A stretch of 64,000 nt of DNA from Tubiluchus corallicola (taxonomy: Eukaryota; Animalia; Priapulida). The notes under the pieces were generated by a model. That model was not told where the DNA came from. It searched no databases and worked only from the letters and a program-made list of their open reading frames with translations. The DNA is taken from contig JAQGDQ010000323.1 of NCBI GenBank assembly GCA_030141605.1, positions 1-64,000 of the forward strand, given 5' to 3'. Positions 28,701-42,924 of the stretch are shown here, piece by piece. The position numbers and the translations under genes are program-made. How positions within the stretch are numbered: position 1 is the first letter of the stretch; every line of letters begins with the position of its first letter.

Positions 28701-31700
28701 CATGAGTGTAGACACTTCACATACCTTGCTACTTCGCAGCTACTTGTACTACTTTGCCTTGACATACATGCCAGATCAGGTGACAAAGACAAGTGGTTTC
28801 CATACTGCTTCACTGGCTTCACTATAAACAAACAAATAAACCATTTGAAAAGAGGAAATAATCGCAAGATTCGGATACTGTGAAATTGCACATAATAAGA
28901 TAAGGTTAGGTAAGGTATGGTAAGGGAAGGTAAGATAAGGTAAGGCAGGGCAAGGTAAGGTAAGGTAAGGTAAGGTAAGGTAAGGTAAGGTAAGGTAAGG
29001 TAAGGTAAGGTAAGATAAGGAAGGTAAGGTAAAGTAAGGTAAGGTGAGATAAGGTAAGGTAAGGCAAGGCAAGGTAAGGTAAGGTAAAGTAAGATAAGGT
29101 AAGATAAGGTGAGATAAGGTAAGGTAAGGCAAGGCAAGGCAAGGCAAGGCAAGGCAAGGTAAGGTAAGGTAAGGTAAGCTAGAGTGTAATAAGTTAAGGC
29201 AAGGTGAAGGTAAAGTAATGTATAGTATGATAAGGTAATTTAAGGTAAGGCAATGCAAGGCAAGGCAAGGCCAGGTAAGGTAAGCTAGAGTGTAATAAGG
29301 TAAGGTAAAGTAATGTATAGTATGATAAGGTAATTTAAGGTAAGGTGAGCAAAGGTAAGGTAAGATAAAAAATTGTTTTTTACTTGGATACATCAAAGGT
29401 GTCAAGCAACAGTTCCAAACTTTTTTTAGATTACTGGAGAAATAAATAACCTTACTTAAATTATGTTAAATGATCATGTTAAATAAATATTTCATGTGTT
29501 CTTATTACGCTAGTACAGTGGTTCCCAACCTTTTCCTTGCCAAGTACCCCTTCTAAAAGTGGCGATCTTCAGCGTACCCCCACCTGATATTTTTCAACAA
29601 ATCGTTTGAAAAACCAGTTTCCAGAAAACAACGATTAATATTATCGACATTTTTTTATTTTAACTTTTTTTGAAAACATGAATTTTATCACTGATTATTA
29701 AGAAATACGTAATTTGAACTGCGCTTGATCGCAGCCAAAGCTTGTTACGTTGTACAAAATGTATTCATCTTTATACTGCCTTTTCTTGGACATGGCGTGT
29801 AACTTCTCACTTGAAGCAAAACTGTGAAAAAAATGTGATACAATAGATTACATTACAATTACATTACTGGTAGGCAGTTATTAAAATGTACAGCACAAAC
29901 AAAGCGACAAAATATAAGCTTTTCGTGGGCGGGTAAAAGTATTTTCTAGCACACTGCGCAGGAATGATATTGTTTGTGAAATATATTGTGTGACGTAGAA
30001 AGAATATCGCGATGCTGTAACTTGGTGTATTTTACCCTTTTCACCGGCTACAGAAAGAAAAAATGTGTCGATCTGACACACCTTCTGCGTACCCCTGGCA
30101 TTGCTGTTGCGTACCCCCAGGGGGTACGCGTACCCCCGGTTGGGAACCACTGCGCTAGTACAAAATAAAGTGTTTGCAAAATCACAAACAGCATCTTGCA
30201 CAAAGGGCTAGATAAATGAAATGTTTACAAGCAACAAAAACAGTTAACTAACTTGTGAAGGTTTTTTGCTGAAAAGCTTTAAATCCTAGCTTCGGGAACG
30301 TAACTCTTGATCATAGAAGAAACGATTTTCTCCGTTTCACAGTTTCACGGCTTTTAAAATGTAGGAATCTTAATTAGGCTAATGAGGAACTATATATATG
30401 AAATGTCAGCAGCTTCATGAGCCGACGATTCTAAGTAAAAGTAAAATGTAACAGGTTATCGAGGAAGAGGCACAAAATTCACACAGTGGTACTTCAAACT
30501 TCACGTGAAATACAGAAACCGATCTTCTTCAAATTACACACAAAGATCTCAGATCTGTTCTGCTATGTTCAGTTGATATCTCATATGGTAAAGAGATGAC
30601 TAGAAATCGCAAGGTTCTGGGTTCAAGTCCTGGCTGACTCATAATTTTCAATGCCTACTTCCTCAATTCGTTATCTTTTAGGCTAACTGTTGTAAAAGTG
30701 ACGTCTTTTGTGATTGTGTGGAAGCTTATCAAATTAGCTATCAAGAAAACAAGCTATAAAAATTAGCTATAAAAAAACATTGCAAGCTTTGGACGACTTG
30801 CCAGTTTCCTCTTCTTCCTGAAATGTAGGACTAGCTTCCTGCTGATCCTGGATGCTTGTTGAACTGCCGTGACGGCCGGTCTGTGCAGACGACGCCCGAC
30901 AGAGAGCATCATAACCAATAATAGCACCTGTGGCATCTCCGACAAGAAACACCTGTAATTATATTTTGTCATTGGTGTGGAAAAGAAATAAGCAAAGGAA
31001 AAACTCAGTGTTAGACCAAGCAAATATTTCAATTATTCAAAGCATCTGATTAAACAATTAAACAACAACGTCTGAATGTCAAGAGATTTACTTTTTGAAG
31101 ATAAAAATGACGTCACAACCTTTTTAGTAAGCGACAAAGTTTGCTGTTAAGTAAAGCGTTCTATACTACTTAACAACACACGTGTTTTCTTTTTGAAAGT
31201 TGAATTTAAAGACTAAGTTAACTAACATATATACTTTCAAGCTATGTAAGATTTACAACAACGTAAATTTATAATAAGAAAAGTGGACCAAAAATAGGTC
31301 CTTGTGCGATACCACCCTGGGAGCTAATTACTTCTCTCTATAAACAAACATGCATTAAAATGCCAAAATGTAAAATATAACTACAAAGGTTTGCAAATTT
31401 TGCAGGAATGACAAATTTGCAATACCTTGGACATACATGTATAGAAATATCAAAAATAAACAATGCCTTCATTTGTAACTTATTTAAAGAATGTTCTTCA
31501 AAGCAAATTTTAGATTCTTCTGCACAGGGGAATACAATTATTAAATCTTAAATCTAGCTATACAGGAGAAATTAATTACAGGTAGAAACTTTGGAGGCAA
31601 AAATGGACATTTTGGCTCTTGATACTGTTCATGTGTTCTAGCAGATCCTTTGAAATCGAAAAGCAAACGAAGCCAAACATGAGCATTATTTTTAACACTG

Positions 31701-34700
31701 AAAAAGCATATTGTAATTTTGCGAGCGACCAATTTTTTGTGAGCGAAAATACGAATCTGTATAACTTGGCATTTTTTGATTTTTATGTGCTACAATTTCC
31801 TTTCATCTGACAACTCATATTTCTAGGTACTTAATGAAATGTTACAAAGATAATAATGTTAACAAGTGAGGACAGCTTAATGCCAAGATTACTAAGATGG
31901 TACAAACCTACAATTAATGAACTTTTGATATCAAACTGAAACACGGTAAATGTGAAAAAGTTGGAAAATAGCTTGGAATACAGTAAGCAGAAGGCCACTG
32001 GTTCAATTCCAGGGTGTAATCGAACTTTCTCAGATTTTCTGTCTATGAATCTTGGCATCAAAATACAATTAACTGGGGATGTAGCAGCATCATAAGCAGT
32101 GAAACATTTACAGTATGAAAGAAAATCTCTGGAGATTATGCTTAAAGATTTGGATGGTGCAAGTAGACGTTAAAATCTGACAGCAAAATTCTTGAAATGG
32201 TTGAACAAGAAAGAATGGTTTGGTTCACAGCATTACTTTTTGATTTGCTTTCACGAAATATGTCAGACTTCTCCTAGTAACTTCACGGGCAAAAATAGAT
32301 TATTGAAACCTAATGCAGAAAGAACATTCTGCACATAAACAAGTCAGCGAATAACAGATGGACACGAAAGTTTACTCGGCTGAACGAAACAAGATGAAAT
32401 ATAAACTGCAAAAACATATAGTTCCAAATGGAACTGCTGTCAGGCATGGCAGAATTAAAGTAATTCAACTAGCAGCATACAATTGATAAGTCAGCTTAAT
32501 TGCAATGCAGAAATACACATTTAAGTGAACAGATAATAAATAACATAAGATTGGTACTGTTTGCTACAATAAGATTTCAAAAACTGTGTTGAAAAGCAAG
32601 TTACGATTTGCTCAAAGTCCCCAATCCAGTTTGTCCACAAAAAAACTATTATTTAGTGTTGTTAATCGGTACTAACTGGGTGATACCAAATCAATATGAT
32701 ACTTTAGCTAATCGACATGGTGTCGATACTAGAATTCTTCTGCGATAAGATACGATACAGTTTTAAATTAGATAAAAATCCGTACATTTTTGATAGAAAA
32801 TTGACTTTAAACGAAAGATGAAACAGTGACAAACTTAATTAATGAGTAGTTAATTTTCACCTGAAATGCAGAGGACTTTAGCTGCTATTTTTTTGCAGTT
32901 TTTTGGTTAAATTATTTTTTCCAGAAGTTGCGGTTGGTCACTTAAATGAGTTCGGCATTTAGTCAATATGAAAGCCCGTCCACGAAAATAGGTGTTGACT
33001 AACCAGTCATTGCTAGAACTGCTAATGTTTTATCCTCTTTGATGAGTCTATGATTTGGGGGCAATTCTTCCTGGTATCGACACGATAATGATTTTTTAGA
33101 GTTGTATCGGTGCGACAACGAAACTAGACCACTTTGCGTGTCAATATGATGTGATGTGATTCGATATGATGTGCATCGATAATTATCGTTTAACAACGCT
33201 ACAATGATTACAAAGTAGTACACTAGTTTTCACATAATCCACTAAGAATGATTATAGATAATTTAATCAGAAAATAAACTAGAAGAGCACAAGCATAAGC
33301 AGAGATTTGTAAATGAGCAAAAATACAGAATAGTTAAATTTAATATTCAGAAAAACAAACATTGGAAATGAATACTTATTGGAACTTTGTTTACGTTTGT
33401 TTATCTGAATATTAGCCATGACTATTATCTATCATCTATCAGCTTCACAAAAGTGTGATAAACAGTTTTTGCTCATACAAAATGCAATTTTTCCTGATGC
33501 AATTACTACTTTGCACTACGTACAATCATCAATTGCTTCAGTTATTGGAAATTACGGAAACTAGAGAACTTGCTAGATAATAAAAGGCAGCAGCGAATAA
33601 AGACTGCATTCATGCGCCAAGACACAAGCATCGAAATTTACTTAAGATGTATTAAAATATTGCAGCTAGTTGCCTACCTGCTACACGAAACGCAAGCAAA
33701 CAAAATTAAAACTGTTTAAGCAAACAATGGAGTATTTCTATTATCAATAATGATGATACGTGTACAAAACAAACTAAGGCCATTTTGACACTTGCTCAAT
33801 ACATTAGTAGTTTGTTTCAATACGTTTGTTAAACAAAATTTGAAAATGCTGCAGCAATGTCTAATTTTGCACGCCAAAGAAGTTAAAAAGTTCTCCGTTG
33901 AGGATCATACCTGACGTCAGATACATGCTGAAGAAAAACCAGTTTAAAGTCGCTGCCTCAGATTTTAGTTTCTGATATGTTTCTGCATTTAATTTGTGAA
34001 AAACCGTGCAATTTTCTGGACATGTGCATAAATGATACAGCAACATTAGACCCGTTTAAAACCGGTCAAATCACATTTACTCAGACATTAGAGTTTTCTG
34101 TGCCAAATTGGTTAAGTTGACAAACAATTTCACAAAGAGTAACCATTAATAGTTACATTTTAAAGCAAAATCGTGATGCTTCGCATATGGCAACTTTTGT
34201 GACCAAACCAATGACATGTTCAGATTAGTGAGTTTTCCATCTGACAGCAAACACGCAAGTGTGAACAGCCTTGCGAGTTACTGTCGGCAGGCTATTGCAA
34301 ACTCTCTGACAGTTGCTGCAGTTTCCTGTGAGCTACTGTCTAATGCAAACTCCTCGGCAAGAAAACTCGTTAGTCTGAAGTCGGAACGTGCCATAAAGTG
34401 CACTTGTGTTGATGGCGTGCCACGTCACGATGCAACAAGAATGCATTTATCAATACAATGTCCCTCATTCTCCCCAGTTCATGACGCAGTCATTCTAACA
34501 TCCTACGCATGCGCTAACGTCCAAATGCGACAAAATGTTTAGAACATCAGAACGTTTTGTGAAAAACAACTTTGATATTATCATTTAAAGGGGAAGGAAG
34601 GAGCATTTTAAAGCATGTCCGAAAAAACTTTCACACAAAGTTATACAGTCACACCTCTGTTTTCGACCATAATTCGTTCCTAAAAAGTGTTTGAAAACCG

Positions 34701-37700
34701 ATTTGGTTGAGAACCGAATCATTTATTCCCATAAGAAATAATGTAAAAGCAAATAATCTCTTCTCAAGCACCAAATGAACTGTAAAGTTTACTAAAACGA
34801 AATATAATAATGCAAAAATGTTTATTCAAACAGTAGATATGATATAAATTACTTAGAAAGAAAAACACGAGTATTCCTACATGAAAAAACCTTACGTGTT
34901 GGTAGCAGTGTGATGGCATACATAGGCAAGAGCAGAAACACGTGTGTGACTACTCACGGGCGCGGTCGGTTACGCTCGGCTCACCACGCATGCGTTCATC
35001 AAGTGTTTGGGGGCTGGTCGAGTACCGAAATTCTGGTCGAGAACGGAGACAATTTCACCTCGAATTTTCTGGTCGAAAACCGATTGGTACGAGTACGGAG
35101 ATGTTCGAAAACGGAGGTATGACTGTATTACTTAGCATTACGCTATCCTGTTTGATAGGCTGAAGTAACTATTAACAAAATTTTTAATAATTTAAAATAT
35201 TCATGCCACCTGGCAAAAAGGCACTGCATATCTATCCCAATGTGTACCACTGATTCACCAAAAAACACATTATTAATTTTACTGACGATACAAGGTGATT
35301 TAAGCTTTTGCTTATATAGCGAAGAGTGTACTTAGTTAGTAACGTGTCTGCTACGAATGCTTTGATTATTTTTCCAAACCTTACACAACGTTATCTAAAC
35401 TTGCTTCAAATGACTTACCATTAAAATGGATGGGCTTAACGGTCATTGCGGGAGTTTAAATTTACAAATTTTATACAGCATTACTGCTAGTGCAAGCTCT
35501 GTTTACAATAAGACAGCAGGTTAGTGATATAAAATTTCAAGACGAATTTTTCAAGCATTATTTACAGGGTGTTTTCTTATGCTTTACAGAAATATTGCTG
35601 ATAGGAAGTTTATTAGGGCAAATGCTATATTACTGACACTTAGTTAATGTATAAAGTGACGGGGTGTTACATATTCTACTACCTACTGAATGTGCACGTT
35701 CCACAATAAACACTTACTTGACCAGAAAATCCAGCTCCGTCTTCCGACTTCAAGAACTCCTGGTAAATTTGGTTGGTTCTTTGGATTACCGACGCCACAA
35801 CCTCCTGATAGTCGGCAGATGCAGTGGCAAGAAGCGACAGCGCACCCAGCGGGATGTAGTCGTGACTGACCGAGACACCGTCCGTCCCGGGTGTGGTTGC
35901 ATCAAAACTGTACGGACTCAAACTAGAGAAAACAAGTGAGAAAACTGTTGAAACACTCAAGCTCAATCACCGTAGTTTGATCTTTTATCAATTTGCATAT
36001 GAGCAGTACGATGGAACTTCGTTCACTATTATAGCTTCGCACTGCACAGCCCGATTTCATGCACAACTCAAATGTGTGAAATGTGCGGCGGGCATGGAGT
36101 CGGAGTGAAACAGTCTGAGTAACTTACCTAGAAAGCATGCTCAAAGGCTTAGCACAGATGAATGGACACGGGACCCAGCGGATGGCAAAGTGACCAAACA
36201 AAGACGGATAGTGCGACTTTATCACGTTCTCGAATGTCGTGCGGAATGTCTGAATATCGGTCTTCTTGCTTGCTGTAACAGTAATGCAGAGAAATATCGG
36301 TTAGTCTACTGACTATTAGCAACCAAACACTAAGGTACAATGACATAATGAACCCACAATTTTTCTTGTAATCAAAAGGTTACTGGTTCAAATATGGCTC
36401 AGTACCAACTTCCACATTTCTTCCCTTTAGTTAGGAATGAATTCAATAATTTAATAACTGTGTGTCCGTTACATCATTAATAAATAATCTCAAATTTAAG
36501 ATCAAAACCAAACAAATGCGTTACAATTTTGATAAGCCCTTTCACAATTCCAGCGATTGATGATGATCACGAAAAGCTCAAAAGTTAAGTGTACCAGACA
36601 ACACATTTGTGTACACTTGACAATGCCTCGCAGCCCAAGCTATTGTTATAGTAACAGTTTTAACAGATAGCTAGAATGTTACCTAGCTCATTTTTTCTTG
36701 TTCCCAAGCAAGATCCTGCCAATAAATCACTTTATGCACAGACTAATGCATAATTAAGTAAGGTCCGCATAAAACAACTGAAGTTACTAAACCGATGCAG
36801 CAGACGGCTTTGCTTTACACACATGCCACGTGACGGTTGTAATTAAGACGTGTTGCTGTGGCACACTTAACCTTTGATCAGCGGCAACTGCGTGTGCATA
36901 ACAAAACTACGAAAAGGCTTATTATAGTCAGAAGGGTTATATCCAATTAGTTTTTTGAGTATTCCTAAATATGTAATATAGCAAAAATTATCATCTTCAA
37001 GAGAGCACCATCAAAAGCTTTGGAAGCTTTTTTAATTTAAAAAGCTTTCCGAAAACTAGCTCTAACTGGTCGAAATTTGCATTACAGAATTTGGAGAAGC
37101 TAAAACGCGGCAGTTGAGCACTTTGTTTGATCAATTAAACGAAGCCGGTTTTAATTTCATTTTTGAGCTTGTTTGTTGCGCATTGTGCTGAAAAACAACA
37201 ACAACAACAAGATTGCATAATAAAATCTAAACAACAAGCAGTGCACCAGTGTAATCTGATAAGATTAATCCAAAGACCGGAAAACAAAATCGTTTTCGAT
37301 CATCTGAGGTCAGAAGTTTGGATTTGAACTGTTCCTCCTCCTGGACGGAAATGCCCCCCCCTCCACCCAAATTCTAGGATTTTTTCTCTAAAGCACCGTG
37401 CAGAAAAGAAAATCCACAGACATTGCAAAGTGCAAACAACAACTAAATGTAAATTCATGCGGAGAATGAAAACGGCACCTTTACTTCCGACATCGAGCAG
37501 TGGAGTCGGATGAATCCGGGCGGCTTCAAGAGAAAGAGTTAAAGAAAAATGGCTAAATTAAACGCTAGACATGTTCATTGCATAAATTCAAATACACAGC
37601 AACGACATTAAGAAACTCAATAGCAGAAATCTTCAGAGTCTTGTAAAGTAAACAATAGTATTAGTAAACTCAACAGCAGAAGTATTCAAAGTTGTAAATA

Positions 37701-40700
37701 AGCAACAGCACTGCCAAAAGCAAGAGCAGAGATCTTTAAAAGTTTTACGAAATGAGCAACAGAAACGAAAACTCAAGAGAAGAAATCTCTGACAATTTCA
37801 CAAAGCAATAGTATAGTATTTAGAAAGCAAATCTTGAAAATTTCTTCCAAACAAAAAATTATCATGGATTTGGATTACCTTGATCAGTTCCAGTTTCCAG
37901 AATGCTTCCTCCATGTAACACCACCACAAGAAGTGTCGTCTTACAAGAGGGGGTGAATCCGGGAGACGTAAGCACCTCGTCTTCTTTGGGGGCCAGGCAA
38001 GTCTGTGGCGGAAGACTAGCTGACAATGTAACCGGTTCTAAAAAAATGCAAAGGTGCACAGGAATCAAAACCCATATTTTCCTATTCACCGACTGATGTA
38101 TGAATAATAATGTTTGTGTATTTAGCACCTGTTAATTAATACAGGCAACTATTATGTGCACCTGCGCCACGCAGATGAAGGAATTCACGGAGATTAACTA
38201 GCACTAATTTGTCTAATATACTCAGAATTCTAGGGAGCTAAGGCGCATTGCAACATAGCCAGAGCTTTGCTATACGAATAGAAAAGCAAAATCATCATCA
38301 TCAACATCCATCGTTGTCATTGTCATAATCATCACCACCATGATTATCATTGTCATCATCATCAGCATTATTATATTGTTATTTTCTTTGCATTTTTATT
38401 GTTTTTAATAACACAAGAGCGTAACTAGACTGTTTTGCTTCCCTGCCGCTGTTGGCACGGCGACAAACAGAAATTAATAATTTACAGTGACGTTTGTTAT
38501 ACACATTCTTGACTTACCGACACTTGCCAAAACTTAATGATTTATGAAAGCTTAATAAATAATTAAAACTTTTACAATTTTGATGATAACAAAATACACA
38601 AGATGGCATGTAATTATTTCAGAGAACAAGAACTGTACAGTAACGTAATTTGACTACATGAAATAGAGGTTAACACTTTCACACTAACGGGTAGGCCTAC
38701 CTTTTACAACGTTAACCTGCGGAGTCTCTTCTGCATCTGCAGCGATAAGTTCGTTGGAGTTCCATCGTTGAAGCAGATGCTTTGGACTTGGATTGCATTC
38801 TACATCCTCTGTAAGAGCAACGTTAAACGTGTTTTCTGTAATGCAGTAATTTATGTACGGCATTTTTTCGAGAGTTTAAAGGAAGACTTTGCACAATGTG
38901 TGATTTCTGAAATGCAACTTATTAGACAAAACAACATTAATTTCAAAAGATGATGATAAAAAATAATTATCCATTTACTTGTTCTGCACATGTGCACATA
39001 CACAGCAGTTATTCGTATTTATTTTAAAAGATGATGATAAAAAATAATTATTCATCTACTGGTTCTGCACATGTGCACATACACAGCAGTTATTCGTATT
39101 TATTTCAAAAGATGAATAAAATAATTATTCATTTACTGGTTCTGCACATGTGCACATACACAGCAGTTATCCGTATTTATTTCAAAAGATGAATAAAATA
39201 ATTATTCATTTACTGGTTCTGCACATGTGCACATACACAGCAGATATTCGTATTTATTTCAAAAGATGAATAAAATAATTATTCATTTACTGGTTCTGCA
39301 CATGTGCACATACACAGCAGTTATTCGTATTTATTTCAAAAGATGAATAAAATAATTATTCATTTACTGGTTCTGCACATGTGCACATACACAGCAGTTA
39401 TTCGTATTTATTTCAAAAGATGAATAAAATAATATTCATTTACTGGCTCTGCACATGTGCACATACACAGCAGTTATTCGTATTTATTTCAAAAGATGAA
39501 TAAAATAATATTCATTTACTGGCTCTGAACATGTGCACAGTAATTTGTTCGTATTCTTGATAAAAATATTACTTCTCAATGTGGATGTTAATGATGGAGA
39601 TCGATTATCGTATCAATACAAAAAGTTTGTTTTTATCACTATAGTATGGATATTATTCTTGGAATGTCGTTTTAATATTGAATTTTATATCACGACATTG
39701 CATATCGCTCACGTATAAATCATTTCACTTTGCTTTTTCATTCATGCACTGGAATTTATGCAAAAAATTAAAAAAAGAGTTATTTATAAGGTTGTATGAA
39801 TAATCTTCTTGTACTTTCGACTTTCCTCCTGCAATAGTGGGTGTCTTCAATCGGTTTAGTGATGCACTGATGCCAAGGGAGGAAATCTTAGAAGCATTAT
39901 TCTAGTTATATACAACTAGTGCAGTTCACAAATAAATGTATTATTTAGTAACAGATCTATACGTAACATATCTATTTGTTGCCGCTCACATATTGATATC
40001 ATTTCATGATTAAACAAAGAGAATTTTATCATGTTATACATATGTGCACATTAGCCTACATACATAGTACTGCAATACACTAGAACCCCGTGACCAAAAG
40101 CTAACCACACATCCAGTATCGTTTTCATTGTTCAAAGTAATTTATTGCAACACATTGTATCGTCTGAAAAACAGACTATTGTTATCGTATCGCCAAATTT
40201 GTATCGTTTTTAACATCCCTACTTCTGATTTTTGCAAGAATACAAGTGTAATAATGAACAGAAACCAACACAGAAACCTGCTGCTGAATCTAAAAAACTT
40301 GACTTCTTAAGAAAATGTCGTTATTACAACACGAAAATTAGTTCTAGAATTTGGAAACTGATTATATCAAAAAAAAAATAACAGCAATAACATTTTCTGC
40401 CCAAACTTTAAGTAGATTCTATCCACACACCTTGCGCATCGTAAAATTCCTCATCTGAACTGGAATCATCTGAATCCCGCTCGATCGCTTCCATGCGGTA
40501 TTCCGGAAAACTCTTCGTAGACCCCGGAGTTGCGCCGGTTCCGTCAGCGCTGCTAAACCGCCCGCCCGCGCCCCATCCTTTCCGTCGGCTAGAACCATCG
40601 GAATGATTATCCAGCATTAGATCAGGCGGCTTATGTTGCGGCTTTGACACCGTTACTTCGGGCAGCGCATTGTCATTGCGTTTCATATTGTCCGCATCAT

Positions 40701-42882
40701 CTATTGCACTGTTATAGTCATCAGCACCGGCGTATTTCATTTTTTCTGCAAGGGCCAGCTGTGTCTGTCGTTCCAGTTCACGGATGTGATCTAGCGTGAG
40801 ACCTTGGTACTCGTCCTGCCAACACCAAGCCTGCCTGTGTGCTCGTAGCATTGTCTTTCGCAATGCTGAAACAATCCAAATAAATAATTCAACACATTTG
40901 CATGTCTTTGATAGTTAGAAAAAAAGTTAGAATGAAAGCAGTTTTTCAACAGTTTAGCCTGAGTAACAGAATTTTCTATATTTGCAGACGGTTACGCTTA
41001 GCTTGACCTTGATGCGGTTAAATCAGGATCCGGTACTTACTGACACATCATTGTAGACCAAAACCTAACCAAATTCCAAGAATAGTCGCTGAATTTGACA
41101 CACTGAACCAATAGTGGTGTCTCAGTAATGAGATAAACGCTCAGGGGCAACACGACTGGCAAAAGTGCCGACAAGTTGTGTTATCGATGGTAAACATTTA
41201 TTTACTGGTTACGTCCAGTATTGCTTAACTTTAGTGCTAAACGTACAGTTATTTAAATGCTGCTATCCATCGGCAGCAGCTACTGAAAATTTTGACTAAA
41301 CCAAAAGTGAATAGAAGTGTAATTAATGGCAAACCGAATTTTCGTTTTGGTAACAACTCTAGTTAAGGGAGAGGCCAAGCCTTCTGAGAGGTCAGGCTTA
41401 TTTCAATGTTCGTGGAAAATGTTAAAAGGATTTAGTATAACACTGTAATAAGCGCCTGGAGTAACTAGTAAAATCGCTTTAAAGTCATGATCACTTCACG
41501 CTTGGGCTTCTCCCATTTTCAATGCCCATTCTTCTTGCAATGATGTAATTTGTCTTGACGAAAAGTGGCGCACTGTCAGTCTTCACCAAAAATATAATAA
41601 GTTTTTCGGAAAAACCAGCTAATCTCGTAATATTTTTGCAAGGACACTAAGTAAACTACAGATATTTGAATCAGTTTAAGCAGCGCTTATGGAAAGCCAC
41701 GATGTTCTTATGAAAAGTCACAAATTTTCCGATTTACGTCACAGTTTTTAAACGAATGGGAGCAAGCACCGTCCATGCCTGAGAATTTCTATTTAGAGGT
41801 ATTACGTTTTAAATTTATGCTTTATAGACAGTTTTTTTGCAAATTACTTTGTTATATTTTTCTGAGTTACAAGTGATAACAGTAAAATCAACCCAACATA
41901 CTGAGTGACTTGCTCATTCTTTTAAAACGCACCTATATCATGTATAAATCTCTCGATTTTCGTCTGCATTCCCCAGTACCGGAATTCTACTCTGCATAGT
42001 TTGTAAGCACACATAATCTTCTTCATCGGATCGGTAGACGCAACGTGCTCGTCCCTCCACGAATCATCGAGTGGACCACGCCCGGTGGCTTGACTGATGA
42101 ATAATGTGGGGTCTTCTTCGGTCTTGTATTCGCTGGTAGAAACCGAGTCCTTGACGATGTCTATGAAATCTACGTTTAAAATAAAACGCAGAAGCGTGAA
42201 TGTCACACCAAAGTGACAAATCAAAGCACACAACAGAAGATTAAGATTGCAGTCTTCTTAAGGTTGTAATGATTTAACAACAAAATTCATCACTTATGGC
42301 ACATTCACACTAGCAAGTTTTCTCAGTAAGTAACTCGCAAGCGTGTTCAGACTAGAACGCTAAACTTGCTGTGAGTTACTGCCCAACAGTAAACACGAGC
42401 TGGTGCTCACTTCTCTATTCACTGCAAGAAGTGGTAAGAGTAACTCGCCAAGGCGTTCACACTAGGCAGTAAATCAACTCGCAGCAACTGTCAGAGAATT
42501 TGCAATAACTTGCCAACAGTAACTCACAAATCAGTTCACACTTGTGAGTTTGCTGTCAAAGAGAAAACTCATGACAGAAAACTTGCTATTCTGAATGTGC
42601 CATGCCGTTAAGCCATGTTTGATCTACGTACCTGTTTCATTGCTGCTATGAAGAAATCCTCATATCAAATACATCATTAAAACTCCGGATCAAAATTCCC
42701 CTTTCTTCCTCTTTAACGACTTCACACATCATTCAGCAATAAATTATTTATGGGAAAAATCCTTTCAAAATCTGTCTTCTTTTGTTTTTTCTGTACTTAA
42801 AATTACAATGTGCAGCCACACATGGAAAATCAATGCTGAATGTCAATGACTGAGAATAATCTACTATTATATTAATATTCTT

Positions 42883-42924
<42 letters not shown>

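Noticed and set aside
28830-29405. LPYLT-repeat ORFs
   Set aside because: Translations of (CCTTA)n; only 28725-28821 is a plausible exon.
39815-39886. Possible 72-nt phase 1-1 exon ([24 protein letters not shown]) right after the FFAT exon
   Set aside because: Weak acceptor (no polypyrimidine tract), weak donor AAA|GTACAA and no homology cue; the nearby TAG acceptor gives an immediate stop.
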